Of a DNA stretch of 64,000 bases, positions 41,654-52,261 are shown one piece after another. Source of the DNA: Spirulina sp. (GTDB lineage Bacteria; Cyanobacteriota; Cyanobacteriia; Phormidesmidales; Phormidesmidaceae); assembly GCA_044070495.1 (NCBI GenBank), contig JBIPSI010000009.1, positions 102,234 through 166,233 of the forward strand. Direction: 5' to 3'. Made by a program: the position numbers and the translations under genes. The first letter of the stretch is position 1. Each line of letters opens with the position of its first letter. The notes below the pieces were generated by a model. It worked only from the letters and a program-made list of their open reading frames with translations. It did not search any database and was not told the origin of the DNA.

Positions 41654-42058
41654 CTACAGATTGGTCGAAATAGCTTGAACCGGACAGGTGGGGATACACT
41701 GTTCGCAAACGATGCAGCGGCTGCGGTTAAAGACCAATTGGAAGCTATTAGGATCTAGGGTGAGGGCGCGGGTGGGGCAAACCCCGGTGCAAAGCCCGCA
41801 GTGGACGCAGAGATCGGCATCAATCACAATTTCGCCGCTGGCCACGGAAACCTGAATATCCTGGGCTTCCAGCCAGTCGATGCCGTCATTGAGTTGGTCA
41901 ATATCCCCAGACAGTTCCACCACCAGCGTTCCCACTTGGTTGGGGGCCACTTGGGCGCGAATAATATTGGCGGCAATATTAAAGTCCTTGGCCAGCCGAT
42001 AGGTAATCGGCATGTGAATCGAGCGCTTGGGGAAGGTAAGTTTGACCCGTTTTTTCAT
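41654..42058 (-). CDS. NIL domain + 2[4Fe-4S] ferredoxin
   Basis: ANIIRA NIL motif; CVHCGLCTGVCP and CIVCEQCIPTCP. Confidence 0.92.
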   Translation of the reverse strand: MKKRVKLTFPKRSIHMPITYRLAKDFNIAANIIRAQVAPNQVGTLVVELSGDIDQLNDGIDWLEAQDIQVSVASGEIVIDADLCVHCGLCTGVCPTRALTLDPNSFQLVFNRSRCIVCEQCIPTCPVQAISTNL

Positions 42059-42240
42059 GGCTGGCTTGGCAAAGGATGGCGGCAGGGGGAGGGGTCTGAG
42101 TCGGTCGGAAGACCACAGGGGGGCGACCCATCCTCGGACGAAAGACCCCTTAGACTAGAGAAGGGCGACCCGAAGCGGGCCATCGCTATCTGGCTCCACC
42201 GTAACTGTCCCCACTGTACCGTTAGTTTTCCTGAGTTCCC

Positions 42241-42810
42241 ATGGCTGCAAATGTTCCGTCCTCTGCCAATACCCTCCGCAACTTGGTGATTGCCGTAGCC
42301 GCCATTGTCCTCACGGTAGCGGTTTTCTTTGGCCTGCGTACCCAAACGGCCACGCCCTCCCTAGCCACCTTAGCCAAAACCGCCACCCCCTACGAAGTGG
42401 CCCAAACCAACGGCAGACCCACCCTCCTGGAGTTCTATGCCGACTGGTGTACCGCTTGCCAAGCCATGGCCCCGGCGATGGCCGATCTGCGCCAGACCTA
42501 TGGTAATCAGATCAACTTTGTCATGCTCAACATCGACAACGACAAGTGGCTACCGGAAATGTTGCAGTATCGGGTGGAGGGCATCCCCCACTTCGTCTAC
42601 TTTGACCCCAGCCATGCCCCGGTGGCCACCGCCATTGGTGAACAGCCCCGCACCATCCTGGCCGAAAACCTCGATGCCCTGCTAGCGGCCAATCCACTGC
42701 CCCACGCCCAAGCCTTGGGCCGAGCCTCCGACATCAACACCGATCCCCTCAGCCGTCGTGCTATCATCGACGATCCTCGCGCCCACGGGAGCCAGGTGGT
42801 GACAAATTAA
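42241..42810 (+). CDS. txlA: membrane-anchored thioredoxin-like protein (TxlA/HCF164)
   Basis: N-terminal TM, EFYADWCTAC, NIDNDKW and GIPHF. Confidence 0.85.
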   Translation: MAANVPSSANTLRNLVIAVAAIVLTVAVFFGLRTQTATPSLATLAKTATPYEVAQTNGRPTLLEFYADWCTACQAMAPAMADLRQTYGNQINFVMLNIDNDKWLPEMLQYRVEGIPHFVYFDPSHAPVATAIGEQPRTILAENLDALLAANPLPHAQALGRASDINTDPLSRRAIIDDPRAHGSQVVTN

Positions 42811-42832
42811 GCGGTGACCGTGAGTGAATGAC

Positions 42833-43645
42833 TTAGTAAACCACTCCTCGGTAGCGGCGTTGTTTCGTGGGCTTGCTAACTGCTTCGTCGCGCTCGGTGG
42901 AGGGTGGCTCTGCTGGTGGCGGCGGATTGTCTAGGTCTGCGGTAAAGATGGGGGCGGGCTTGCCCTGGGTACCTTGGCCGTTCTGACCATTGTGCTGGTT
43001 GAGGGCGCGTAACCCAGAGGACACCCAGCTAATGTCGTTAAGGAGATCGGGCTGAGAGGACGAGGCGGCGGTACTGCCATTGGCAGCATATCGCTTGTCC
43101 TGAGCGGATCCATTACTAGAGTAGGATTCTGCCGTCTTGGCTGTGGTTAAGGCGGTACTGGCTGGGGTTTGGTTCAACTGACGGCGAATGTTCAGCAAAA
43201 CCGACAGCAGAGACTTTTCGTCGAGGAAAGGAACATCAAGGGCCGCGAGGATCAGCCGCATACTGTCGGCGGCGCTGCTCATCAGGGTTTCTCGGTGAAA
43301 GCCGTACAAAAACCCTGCGGCCCCCTGCTGCATCGCCCATCGACGCTCGGTTTCGGCAATGGGGCCTCGGTAGGTGCGGGTGAGGAAGACCTGAATACGT
43401 GGAAACTGCTGCCGACACCAACGACAAAATTCGTAGGGGTTAATATCGCTAATTTCGGTATCTAAAATGATGATATCCGGCAAAGTCAGCCCCGCCTCGG
43501 CAATCTGGCTAATACAATCGACGAGATCAGAACGAGATGGTTCAAGGATGGCGGCAAAAGATTGAGATTTAAATAGAGCCTGCCAGATTAACCCCTGTAA
43601 TCGATTGGCCTGAACGATAAATGCCAGCTTTTGTGCTGATTCCAC
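42833..43645 (-). CDS. atypical response regulator receiver protein with YRGV tail
   Basis: PDIIILD, NPYEFCRWCR and WAMQQGA receiver motifs; low-complexity linker; ends RRYRGVVY. Confidence 0.75.
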   Translation of the reverse strand: MESAQKLAFIVQANRLQGLIWQALFKSQSFAAILEPSRSDLVDCISQIAEAGLTLPDIIILDTEISDINPYEFCRWCRQQFPRIQVFLTRTYRGPIAETERRWAMQQGAAGFLYGFHRETLMSSAADSMRLILAALDVPFLDEKSLLSVLLNIRRQLNQTPASTALTTAKTAESYSSNGSAQDKRYAANGSTAASSSQPDLLNDISWVSSGLRALNQHNGQNGQGTQGKPAPIFTADLDNPPPPAEPPSTERDEAVSKPTKQRRYRGVVY

Positions 43646-43976
43646 GGATAAAAGCCCTCTTTACAATAGATGCCCAACTCGCCCTGGATGCCGTAACCTG
43701 GAGGTTCCAGGTCAGGCGGATACCTCAGCGTTACTTTAGATTGCAACATTTCAAAATACTTTTATTACTTTAGAAGGGTTTGCTAGCGTCTGAATGACAA
43801 CTGTGCTACATCTCCGGCAAGTTGCTGAAAATTCCACCGAGGCCAACGCCGCTGGATCGAGAGCGGACATATGGGGGCATATAACGTTTTGTGGCTACCC
43901 TGGAAACTAGCGCTAGGCGATGGTGAACCCTAGTCTTGAGACCTGCTGTCTGCCACCTTTGGTTTGGGAATGCCCT

Positions 43977-45902
43977 ATGAATGACTTCTTTAAAGGCTTT
44001 GAACAACTGCTTGAACTGGCCAAAACCCTGGAGGAAAAGGCCGAAAGCGGCGAACTGAAAACCAATGTGCAGATCAACGCCCGTGGGATGAGCAGCATTC
44101 CCCGCCAGGGTAACATTCCCGATATGGGCGTCAGCCGCATGGGGCGTTCTGGGGCTGGTGGCCCCTCAGATTCAGTGGACGACGTGATCATTACCCCGCC
44201 GCCTAAGCGCAATCCGGCCCCAACGGATCCCACTGCCGCCGCTCCCGTTGAATCAGCTTCCCCCGCCGATTCAACTTCCACCGCATCACCACCCTCTACC
44301 CCTTCACCGGAACCGCCCACCCTGCAATTCGTAGGTGGTTTGGCCGATACTCTGCAAGAACTACGGGAACTGGTGGAAATTCCCCTCAAGCGGCCCGATG
44401 TGCTGGCTAAACTGGGCCTAGAACCCACCCGTGGCGTGCTGATGGTTGGCCCCCCCGGCACCGGCAAAACCCTCACCGCCCGATCCCTCGCCGAAGATCT
44501 GGGGGTAAACTACATTGCCATCGTGGGGCCAGAGGTGATGGGCAAATACTACGGCGAGGCCGAACAACGCCTGCGCAGTATTTTTGAAAAGGCCAAAAAA
44601 GCGGCCCCCTGCCTGATTTTCATCGACGAAATCGACAGCCTTGCCCCCGACCGCAGCAAAGTGGAAGGGGAGGTGGAAAAACGCCTGGTGGCCACGTTAC
44701 TGGGACTGATGGACGGCTTTGCCCAAACCCAGGGGGTGCTGGTGCTGGCGGCCACCAATCGGCCCGACCACCTCGACCCCGCCCTGCGCCGCCCCGGACG
44801 CTTTGACCGCGAGGTGCAGTTCCGCGTCCCCGACCGCCAGGGCCGTTTGGAAATTCTAACCATCCAAACCCGTGAAATGCCCCTAGATGGGGTGGATCTC
44901 GCCACCATTGCCGACCAGGCCGTGGGCCTAGTGGGGGCCGACCTAAAGGCGCTGTGCCAAAAAGCCGCCTACCTCGCCCTGCGTCGCCAGGTGCCCAACC
45001 TCAGCGCCCCCGTGCCCGCCACCATGACCCTGCTGCCGGAGGACTTTGCCCAGGCCCTCAAGGAGGTCAAGCCCTCGGTGCTGCGGTCGGTGGAGGTGGA
45101 ATCCCCCGCCATTGCCTGGGACGACATCGGCGGACTGGAAGCCGTCAAGCAAACCCTGCAAGAATCCGTAGAAGGGGCGCTACTCTACCCCGAACTCTAC
45201 GAACAAACGGGCGCTAAGGCTCCGCGAGGACTGCTGCTGTGGGGGCCACCGGGAACGGGTAAAACCTTGCTAGCCAAGGCCGTTGCCGCCCAGGCCAGGG
45301 CCAATTTCATCGCCGTCAACGGCCCAGAACTGCTGAGCCGCTGGGTGGGGGCCGCCGAACAAGCGGTGCGAGAACTCTTCGCCAAGGCCCGCCAAGCCGC
45401 CCCCTGCGTCGTGTTCATCGACGAAATTGATACCCTCGTACCCGCCCGTGGCCAATACATGGGCGATTCCGGCGTTAGTGATCGCGTGGTGGGCCAACTG
45501 CTAACCGAACTCGACGGTCTGCAAGACTGCCGTAACGTGCTGATGATTGGAGCCACCAACCGCCCCAACGCCCTCGACCCCGCCATCCTCCGGGCCGGAC
45601 GCATCGACCTGCAACTCGAAATTAGCCTGCCCGACGCCGCCGGACGCCTCGCCATCCTAGAAGTCCACAACCAAAATCGCCCCCTGGATGACGTAGACCT
45701 ACCCCACTGGGCCATCCTCACCGATGACTGGAACGGCGCAGACCTGGCCCTACTCAGCAACCAAGCCGCCCTAGAAGCCGTCCGCGAATACCGCGCCCAA
45801 GCCATCACCGACCCCAGCCAAATCCGCATCACCCATCAACACTGGGAAAAGGCCCACCAGGCCATCCTCAGCCAACGCGATTCCGTCGCCAGCCGGGGGT
45901 AA
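43977..45902 (+). CDS. CDC48/VCP-like double AAA+ ATPase
   Basis: two GPPGTGKT / FIDEID modules, RRPGRFDRE and WDDIGGLE. Confidence 0.93.
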   Translation: MNDFFKGFEQLLELAKTLEEKAESGELKTNVQINARGMSSIPRQGNIPDMGVSRMGRSGAGGPSDSVDDVIITPPPKRNPAPTDPTAAAPVESASPADSTSTASPPSTPSPEPPTLQFVGGLADTLQELRELVEIPLKRPDVLAKLGLEPTRGVLMVGPPGTGKTLTARSLAEDLGVNYIAIVGPEVMGKYYGEAEQRLRSIFEKAKKAAPCLIFIDEIDSLAPDRSKVEGEVEKRLVATLLGLMDGFAQTQGVLVLAATNRPDHLDPALRRPGRFDREVQFRVPDRQGRLEILTIQTREMPLDGVDLATIADQAVGLVGADLKALCQKAAYLALRRQVPNLSAPVPATMTLLPEDFAQALKEVKPSVLRSVEVESPAIAWDDIGGLEAVKQTLQESVEGALLYPELYEQTGAKAPRGLLLWGPPGTGKTLLAKAVAAQARANFIAVNGPELLSRWVGAAEQAVRELFAKARQAAPCVVFIDEIDTLVPARGQYMGDSGVSDRVVGQLLTELDGLQDCRNVLMIGATNRPNALDPAILRAGRIDLQLEISLPDAAGRLAILEVHNQNRPLDDVDLPHWAILTDDWNGADLALLSNQAALEAVREYRAQAITDPSQIRITHQHWEKAHQAILSQRDSVASRG

Positions 45903-46198
45903 TGTCGGAATCGCTTAACCTCTGTGATTCCCGTATCACTGGATCACCGCTACAGCCCCGGTGTATGGGGCGCAGTTTGTTCGCGTGGATAAGTTTTCCC
46001 CAAGCAGGCTACGGTGTTGGGCTGCGTAGAAACACAGATACAGAAAGCTGTGATTTTACTGAGACAAGACTATCTAAAATACAAAAAAAATGAGCCGTTA
46101 GCTGAGATATTAATACGGCCAATAGTGTCTAGCTTAGAGATGTAGAGCGTAATGGCTTATTGCTTCAGTAGGTTATTGCGCTAGGTCACCTCGTCTCT

Positions 46199-49100
46199 AT
46201 GAGCCAATCTATGCACGACACTACTAACTTCATTACACTTGCTGATATCAATTCCTCTTCAAGTAGTTCTCAACCAGCCTTTGTCACCACAGAATTAATC
46301 GGCATTCTAGACCAGGTTCAGCAGCATCTACAACAAGCTGCAAGCGATCCAATTTTATTTTTTCAAGTACTTGGTCATAAAAGCTACGAAAGCGAAATCC
46401 TAGCCATACAGGCTTCCTGGACTAATGGCGACTTCAGTATTTTCCCGAAAATTCAATTACTGCCAGACCAAACGATGGGCGATGCCCTAGGAGCCTATGC
46501 TAGCCCCAATGAGACGATTTATCTTTCTCAGTCTCTTGTAGCTGCTGAAGGTGCATCTGTTGATCCATTGACGGGTGGAGTTCAAGTTCTGATTGAAGAA
46601 GTCTTTCATTGGCTAGACGACCAAACAGGTACAGATACCCTTGGCGATGAAGGAGAACTAGCACGCACATTGATCTTTGGCTCGGTTCTCAGCGTAGAAA
46701 ACTATCAACGAATCTTATCTGAAGATGATTCAGGCATACTTGAGGTGCAGGGAGAACTTCTTTCTGTAGAATTTTCCATCAAACCTCAAAACGACTTTGA
46801 TGGCGACGGAAAATCGGATATTTTATGGCGGCATAACAATGGCCAAGTCGCCACTTGGCTCATCAATGGTTCAGCCCTAAAGGATGGGGCCTTAATTTCA
46901 AGTCCGGTAGGATCAGAGTGGCAAATTAAGGGTTCTGGCGACTTTGATGGTGATGGCAAGACCGATGCGGTGTGGCAGCACAGTAACGGGCAGGTTGTCG
47001 TGTGGTTGATGAATGGCCTTTCCCTAAAAACTGGAGCGGCTGTTCACACGCCGCTCGGTTCAGAGTGGAAGTTGGAAGGGACAGGAGATTTTGACGGCGA
47101 CGGTAAGGCCGATATTTTGTGGCGGCACAACAATGGCCAGGTTGTGAACTGGCTGATGGATGGTGCAAATATTAAGGGTGGTGGCAATATTCACTCTCCC
47201 GTTGGCTCTGAATGGCAAATTAAAGGCATTGGCGATTTCAATGGTGATGGTAAATCCGATATCCTTTGGCAACACAATAATAGCCAGGTCGTCAACTGGC
47301 TTATGAATGGAACCACAATCCAAGGCGGTGGCAATATTCACTCCCCTGTTGGCTCGGAATGGACAATTCAGGATACGGGCGATTTTGATGGCGATAGTAA
47401 GTCTGATATCCTATGGCGTCACAATAATGGCCAAGTCGTGAACTGGCTGATCGACGGAACAACTATTAAAGGTGGGGGTAATATTTACACGCCCATCGGT
47501 TCTGAGTGGCAAATTCAGAGCACAGGTGATTTTGACGGCGATGGTAAGTCCGATATCCTGTGGCGTAGCAACAATGGCCAAGTCGTCAACTGGTTGATAG
47601 ATGGGGCCACCATTAAGGTGGGTGGAAATATCCAAACGCCAGTTAGCCACGATTGGCAAGTTCAGTCTCTCTCTCAAAATTCTCATGGCTTATTGAGGAA
47701 AAGTAATCAAGATATTTTACTTGGAAATAAAACCGACTTCAATGGCGATGGGAAAACAGATTTCTTGCGTCAGGAGAAAGGCGGCTTTGCAACCGATGCT
47801 CCTCGAATGTTAGAAACGTTTCTTTCTAATGGAGATGGCACCTTCAGATTAGCGTGGAGCAATCAAGATGCTAATCGAGCAATGCATGGTGATCTAACTA
47901 ATCTCTATATGGGTGACTTCAACGGTGATGGAAGAACTGACTTCCTTCGCCAAGAAAAAGGGGCTTTTGCAACTGATCCATGGCTGATGCTAGAGGTCTA
48001 TACAGCAAATCTTGACGGTTCGTTCACAAGGGCGGGGGTAATGGATGATCCTGCCATGCATGGGGATCTAACCAATCTATTTATTGGTGACTTCAATGGG
48101 GATGGTCGGTCAGACTTCTTGCGTCAAGAGAAGGGTGGCTTTGCAACCGATGCTCCTCGTATGCTAGAGACCTATCTATCTAACGGAGATGGGACTTTCA
48201 GATTAGTGTGGGGCAATCAAGACGCTAATCGGGCAATGCATGGGGATCTAACCAATCTCTATATGGGTGACTTCAACGGTGATGGAAGAACTGACTTTAT
48301 GCGTCAGGAAAAAGGTGCTTTTGCATCTGACATTTGGTCAATGATCGAAGTCTATACAGCTAATCTAGACGGTTCATTCACCAGGGCAGGAGTGATGCAT
48401 GATGCCGCCATGCATGGTGATCTGACGAATCTATTTATTGGGGACTTTAATGGGGATGGTCGGTCAGACTTCTTGCGTCAAGAGAAGGGTAGCTTTGCAA
48501 CTGATGCTCCTCGTATGCTAGAGACCTATCTCTCTAACGGGGATGGCACCTTCAGGCTTTCTTGGGCTAATCAAGATGCTAATCGGATGATGCATGGCGA
48601 TCTAACTAATCTCTATATGGGCGACTTTAATGGTGATGGAAGAACTGACTTCCTACGCCAAGAAAAGGGTGCCTTTGCAACCGACCCATGGCTGATGCTA
48701 GATATTTACGTCGCCAATCCAGATGGTTCATTCTCTCAAAAATTCGTCATGAATGATTCTGCCATGAATGGCGATTATACCAACCTATTCCTAGGTGACT
48801 TCGACGGCAACGGACGATCTGATCTTTTGCTACAGGAGAAGGGACCTTGGGCAAATGCTGACAACAGTCGGATGTTAGCGTCTTATCTATCAAATGCAGA
48901 TGGATCTCTCACACAGAAGGCAAAATATGATGACTATGCAATGCATGGTGATTTGACTAATCTTTTCACTGACAATATTAAACGCAACCCAGTTCTACCT
49001 ACGCTACCACCTTCTGAATATTATCCAGAGTTGAAATCGCTAACAGATTCTGACTGGAACTATCAAAGTCGTGACAACTTATTCTTTGATGGTAATACTA

Positions 49101-49570
49101 GTAACGGTGAAAGTCTTGGATCGGTTAAGCAGATTTATTCAGATCTCTCTCATACGATCTTCGATTCTTATAAAGCCATGACTGCTGGATATAGGGATAC
49201 AACGAATTATTCTGGAACTCATTACGGTATTGATATGGGTTCATTTGCTGGCAATACCGTAAAAGCTGCTATTGGTGGAGTGGCTACTTTAGTCCAAAAT
49301 ATTACAGGAAATTATTTCGTTGGCATCAGATCTGACGATGGCAATCTGTGGATTTATGGACATCTAGAAAACTACACCAGTGGAATTATTGGTCAGCGTG
49401 TCGAAGCTGGCAGGGTATTAGGAACCGTTTTTGATGGCGCTCGCTTGTCCGATGGAACATGGATGAATCAACACACCCACTTAGAGGTACATAGGGGACA
49501 CAGCTATATCCGTGCCAACGCTATGAGTCCTCTGCAAGCATATTGGCAGTGGCGTAATAGAAAATCGTAG
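46199..49570 (+). CDS. FG-GAP repeat surface protein with C-terminal M23-like peptidase
   Basis: 6x 49-aa and 7x about 58-60-aa DFxGDG repeats; HYGIDM, YGHL and HTHLEV zinc motifs. Confidence 0.88.
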   Translation: MSQSMHDTTNFITLADINSSSSSSQPAFVTTELIGILDQVQQHLQQAASDPILFFQVLGHKSYESEILAIQASWTNGDFSIFPKIQLLPDQTMGDALGAYASPNETIYLSQSLVAAEGASVDPLTGGVQVLIEEVFHWLDDQTGTDTLGDEGELARTLIFGSVLSVENYQRILSEDDSGILEVQGELLSVEFSIKPQNDFDGDGKSDILWRHNNGQVATWLINGSALKDGALISSPVGSEWQIKGSGDFDGDGKTDAVWQHSNGQVVVWLMNGLSLKTGAAVHTPLGSEWKLEGTGDFDGDGKADILWRHNNGQVVNWLMDGANIKGGGNIHSPVGSEWQIKGIGDFNGDGKSDILWQHNNSQVVNWLMNGTTIQGGGNIHSPVGSEWTIQDTGDFDGDSKSDILWRHNNGQVVNWLIDGTTIKGGGNIYTPIGSEWQIQSTGDFDGDGKSDILWRSNNGQVVNWLIDGATIKVGGNIQTPVSHDWQVQSLSQNSHGLLRKSNQDILLGNKTDFNGDGKTDFLRQEKGGFATDAPRMLETFLSNGDGTFRLAWSNQDANRAMHGDLTNLYMGDFNGDGRTDFLRQEKGAFATDPWLMLEVYTANLDGSFTRAGVMDDPAMHGDLTNLFIGDFNGDGRSDFLRQEKGGFATDAPRMLETYLSNGDGTFRLVWGNQDANRAMHGDLTNLYMGDFNGDGRTDFMRQEKGAFASDIWSMIEVYTANLDGSFTRAGVMHDAAMHGDLTNLFIGDFNGDGRSDFLRQEKGSFATDAPRMLETYLSNGDGTFRLSWANQDANRMMHGDLTNLYMGDFNGDGRTDFLRQEKGAFATDPWLMLDIYVANPDGSFSQKFVMNDSAMNGDYTNLFLGDFDGNGRSDLLLQEKGPWANADNSRMLASYLSNADGSLTQKAKYDDYAMHGDLTNLFTDNIKRNPVLPTLPPSEYYPELKSLTDSDWNYQSRDNLFFDGNTSNGESLGSVKQIYSDLSHTIFDSYKAMTAGYRDTTNYSGTHYGIDMGSFAGNTVKAAIGGVATLVQNITGNYFVGIRSDDGNLWIYGHLENYTSGIIGQRVEAGRVLGTVFDGARLSDGTWMNQHTHLEVHRGHSYIRANAMSPLQAYWQWRNRKS

Positions 49571-49594
49571 AGCTAGTACCTAGAAGTAGATGCA

Positions 49595-49642
49595 CAGAAC
49601 CCAACAGATTTAGCATCTCTATGCTAAATCTGTTGGGTTCTG
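49595..49642. terminator. perfect 22-bp hairpin (REP-derived)
   Basis: CAGAACCCAACAGATTTAGCAT-CTCT-ATGCTAAATCTGTTGGGTTCTG. Confidence 0.75.
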
Positions 49643-50022
49643 CTATTGTGATATCACTCTATGGTTCTTCCCTTGCCTATTTCTTGCCATGCTAGTATCA
49701 GGATAAAACCCATTATCATTTGACCGAAAAAACATCTTCCGCACTATACAGATTAATAAGTTATTCGACCTCTATTTAGTAGTATTATTAGGGGCCATAT
49801 TCCCAATTTATAAATATTTTAGAAATAGCTTTTTTGATCATCGAGATACAATCTATTCTGCCATGGCTATAATCTCTTGCAATGTCAGGTCTTAATTTTT
49901 ATTTATCATTATCTTGAAGTGAACTGACTAAAAAATAAAAATGAATATCAGTATATTTAAGGATGCTCAAAATGTGTTTTAAAGTCATCATTTTAATGTA
50001 GTCATTAATCGAACTTCATCGC

Positions 50023-50982
50023 ATGAAATTGAAAGCAAATAAGCGCCTGAAAATTTCTGACATCAATAAATTGGCTATAGCTTTTGGGGCATCCACAATG
50101 CTTTTAGGAGTGGCTTACCCATCTGAAGCATCACTTCTATGGTCACGCACCGAAGATCCCCATAATGACAGCCATGCATCCGATGGAAGCAATACCTACG
50201 AAATATACGGAGGGGGCTTTGCTCAAGATAATGACTACGCCTATTTTGCGTTAGATACTAATCTAGGTCTTTATGGCAAGTATACTGGCCCATATGTTAG
50301 TGGATATCGTGTCGCTGATAGCAATATTGGATGGGGCGATTTCTTCTTCGATCCAGGTGGTGCCACCTTTAATGATGGATTAGCAACTGGAAGAATGCTC
50401 GGCTTTAAGTTTGCTCCAGACAATGATTCCCTTGTGACTTCTCAAGGAGTATATAGTGGAGTTACAGGAGCTAGTGTGACTAGTCAGAATGCTGGCTTTG
50501 CTAATATTGCTAGCAACAATTATTATGTTGGTGGTCGTGCTAAAATGGGCAGCCTTGATCCTAGTCATCCTTACTATTCAGGAAATGGCTATGGAACAAA
50601 AACAGCTAACGTTATTGGCAGTGGCACGTATATTGGCGGGCTGTCAACCATTGATCGCTCAGAGCTGCACAACTTAGGTTTTGGAACCTATGGTTCGGGA
50701 TCTTTTGGGTTTAAGGTTTCTAAATCTCTATTGCCTTTGGGCGACTTCGTTGCCACAGTTTTCCAAGAATGCCTAAATGAAGGATTTGCCTTGATTGGAG
50801 ATATCACTCCATCACGAGCACCTACACCATCACCACAACCAGAGGTATCACAACCAGCAGAACCAGTAGACGTACCGGAAACAACTCCTGTAGTTGCTCT
50901 GCTAGCGCTTGGCGGTTTGGGTATTGTTCAAAGGATTTTAAGGAAGCAATCTACAGTCGCCATTCTGGAAGTTAACAAATAA
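50023..50982 (+). CDS. PEP-CTERM-like exosortase substrate (XDD3-like)
   Basis: signal peptide, YEIYG and IGWGDFFF, Pro-rich linker, VPET-TM-RILRKQ tail. Confidence 0.8.
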   Translation: MKLKANKRLKISDINKLAIAFGASTMLLGVAYPSEASLLWSRTEDPHNDSHASDGSNTYEIYGGGFAQDNDYAYFALDTNLGLYGKYTGPYVSGYRVADSNIGWGDFFFDPGGATFNDGLATGRMLGFKFAPDNDSLVTSQGVYSGVTGASVTSQNAGFANIASNNYYVGGRAKMGSLDPSHPYYSGNGYGTKTANVIGSGTYIGGLSTIDRSELHNLGFGTYGSGSFGFKVSKSLLPLGDFVATVFQECLNEGFALIGDITPSRAPTPSPQPEVSQPAEPVDVPETTPVVALLALGGLGIVQRILRKQSTVAILEVNK

Positions 50983-51153
50983 ATTTTGTAACTGTTCAGG
51001 AAGGATAGATTTAGCAGAACTCAACACCGGCCCAGTATTTGGGGCTTGTTGGGTTCTGCTATTGCGCCTCCCACCCTACAGATCTACCTCCATCTTGTGA
51101 TCGCCATGCTAGCCTCAAGACAAGACCTACCCCCCGACTGGGAGATACCTGCC

Positions 51154-51250
51154 ATGCTAAAAAGCTACGAAGCCATTTACGAAAACGACCAGATCGCTTG
51201 GCTAGAAAATTAACCCCGGATTCATTGGGCTTGCATTACCGCATCGCTGT
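51154..51250 (+). pseudogene. DUF104/AF2212-like antitoxin remnant
   Basis: MLKSYEAIYENDQIAWLEN* (51154-51213) with premature stop. Confidence 0.6.
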
Positions 51251-51363
51251 GAAAAACCACTAGATTTCGGCAAGTGACGAACACAGCGATATAATGATTA
51301 GTGGTAGCTTTAGTAGCCGATTAGCTATGGCTTAGTCGCTTCTCTCGCTGTATCTTTGCTGCA

Positions 51364-51687
51364 ATGCTGAAAGATCTTCAACCTCAACTCTTAGCCTTGT
51401 CACCGGATGAAAAGGCACAGGCCATTCAGCTTTTGGCGGCTAGCTTGGCTAATGGATGGGCAGGCATCGAAAAAACGCTTGACGTCATGGGAGGGGATGC
51501 TTGCATTCGGCAAACCCGGATTCCAGTCTGGTTGCTGGTGAGCCTGCGGCGGCAAGGGGCCACAGAAGCCTATCTTCTGGAGGACTACCCGACCCTAACC
51601 GCCGCAGATTTGGTCAGTGCTTGGCTCTATGCTGATACCCACAGCGAAGAAATTGAAGCCGCCATTGCCCGACAAGAGGCAGCCTAA
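51364..51687 (+). CDS. DUF433 antitoxin
   Basis: VMGGDACIRQTRIPVW...DYPTLT. Confidence 0.92.
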   Translation: MLKDLQPQLLALSPDEKAQAIQLLAASLANGWAGIEKTLDVMGGDACIRQTRIPVWLLVSLRRQGATEAYLLEDYPTLTAADLVSAWLYADTHSEEIEAAIARQEAA

Positions 51688-51689
51688 CT

Positions 51690-52034
51690 GTGGCACGTCT
51701 TTATGCCGACGAAGGGTTTCCATTCAAGGTGACAGCCCTACTGGTTGATTTAGGCCACGATGTTTTAACCGTACAATCGGCTGGGCAAGCTAATCAAAGG
51801 ATTCCAGATGCTCAGGTTTTGGCGTTTGCAACCAATCAAAACCGGGCTGTGCTCAGCATTAACCGAGGGGATTTTATTCGGTTGCACCGGGCATCTCAAA
51901 ACCATGCAGGCATTATTGTCTGTACAGAAAATCTAGACCGACAGCAATTAGCCCAGACTATTCATGCCGCTATTGTGGCTGAACCTTCTTTGGATGGAAA
52001 GCTGATTCGGATTAATCGACCTTCCGTTACCTGA
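51690..52034 (+). CDS. DUF5615 PIN-like toxin
   Basis: LYADE.FP, GHDV, D.QVL.FA, NRGDF and HAGII. Confidence 0.9.
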   Translation: MARLYADEGFPFKVTALLVDLGHDVLTVQSAGQANQRIPDAQVLAFATNQNRAVLSINRGDFIRLHRASQNHAGIIVCTENLDRQQLAQTIHAAIVAEPSLDGKLIRINRPSVT

Positions 52035-52261
52035 ATCATTTTGCTAACAGTCAAAACCAGTGATTTCTCCATCTCTTCCCGCAAAACCGTCTGAAGTATG
52101 GGGCATTAGGAGATTCCCAGCGGTACTGATGATGTGCTTGGGGTGTGGCCTCCCGATTGCGTCAGCACATTTGTGCAGTGACCCGTGAAGGTGCGTAAAT
52201 CTGTGGTGGCGTTCCAGTGCTTTCACTGTAGGATTAGCACAAATTGTTACGACGTGGGCGG

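Noticed and set aside
46790..48970. Regularly spaced repeats resembling a CRISPR or DGR array
   Set aside because: They are in-frame protein repeats with synonymous divergence; there are no unique spacers and no cas or reverse transcriptase gene in the window.
52044..52106. 20-aa micro-ORF MPHTSDGFAGRDGEITGFDC divergent from the STAND gene as a signalling peptide
   Set aside because: No RBS, leader motif or modifying enzymes are visible; cannot be distinguished from chance.
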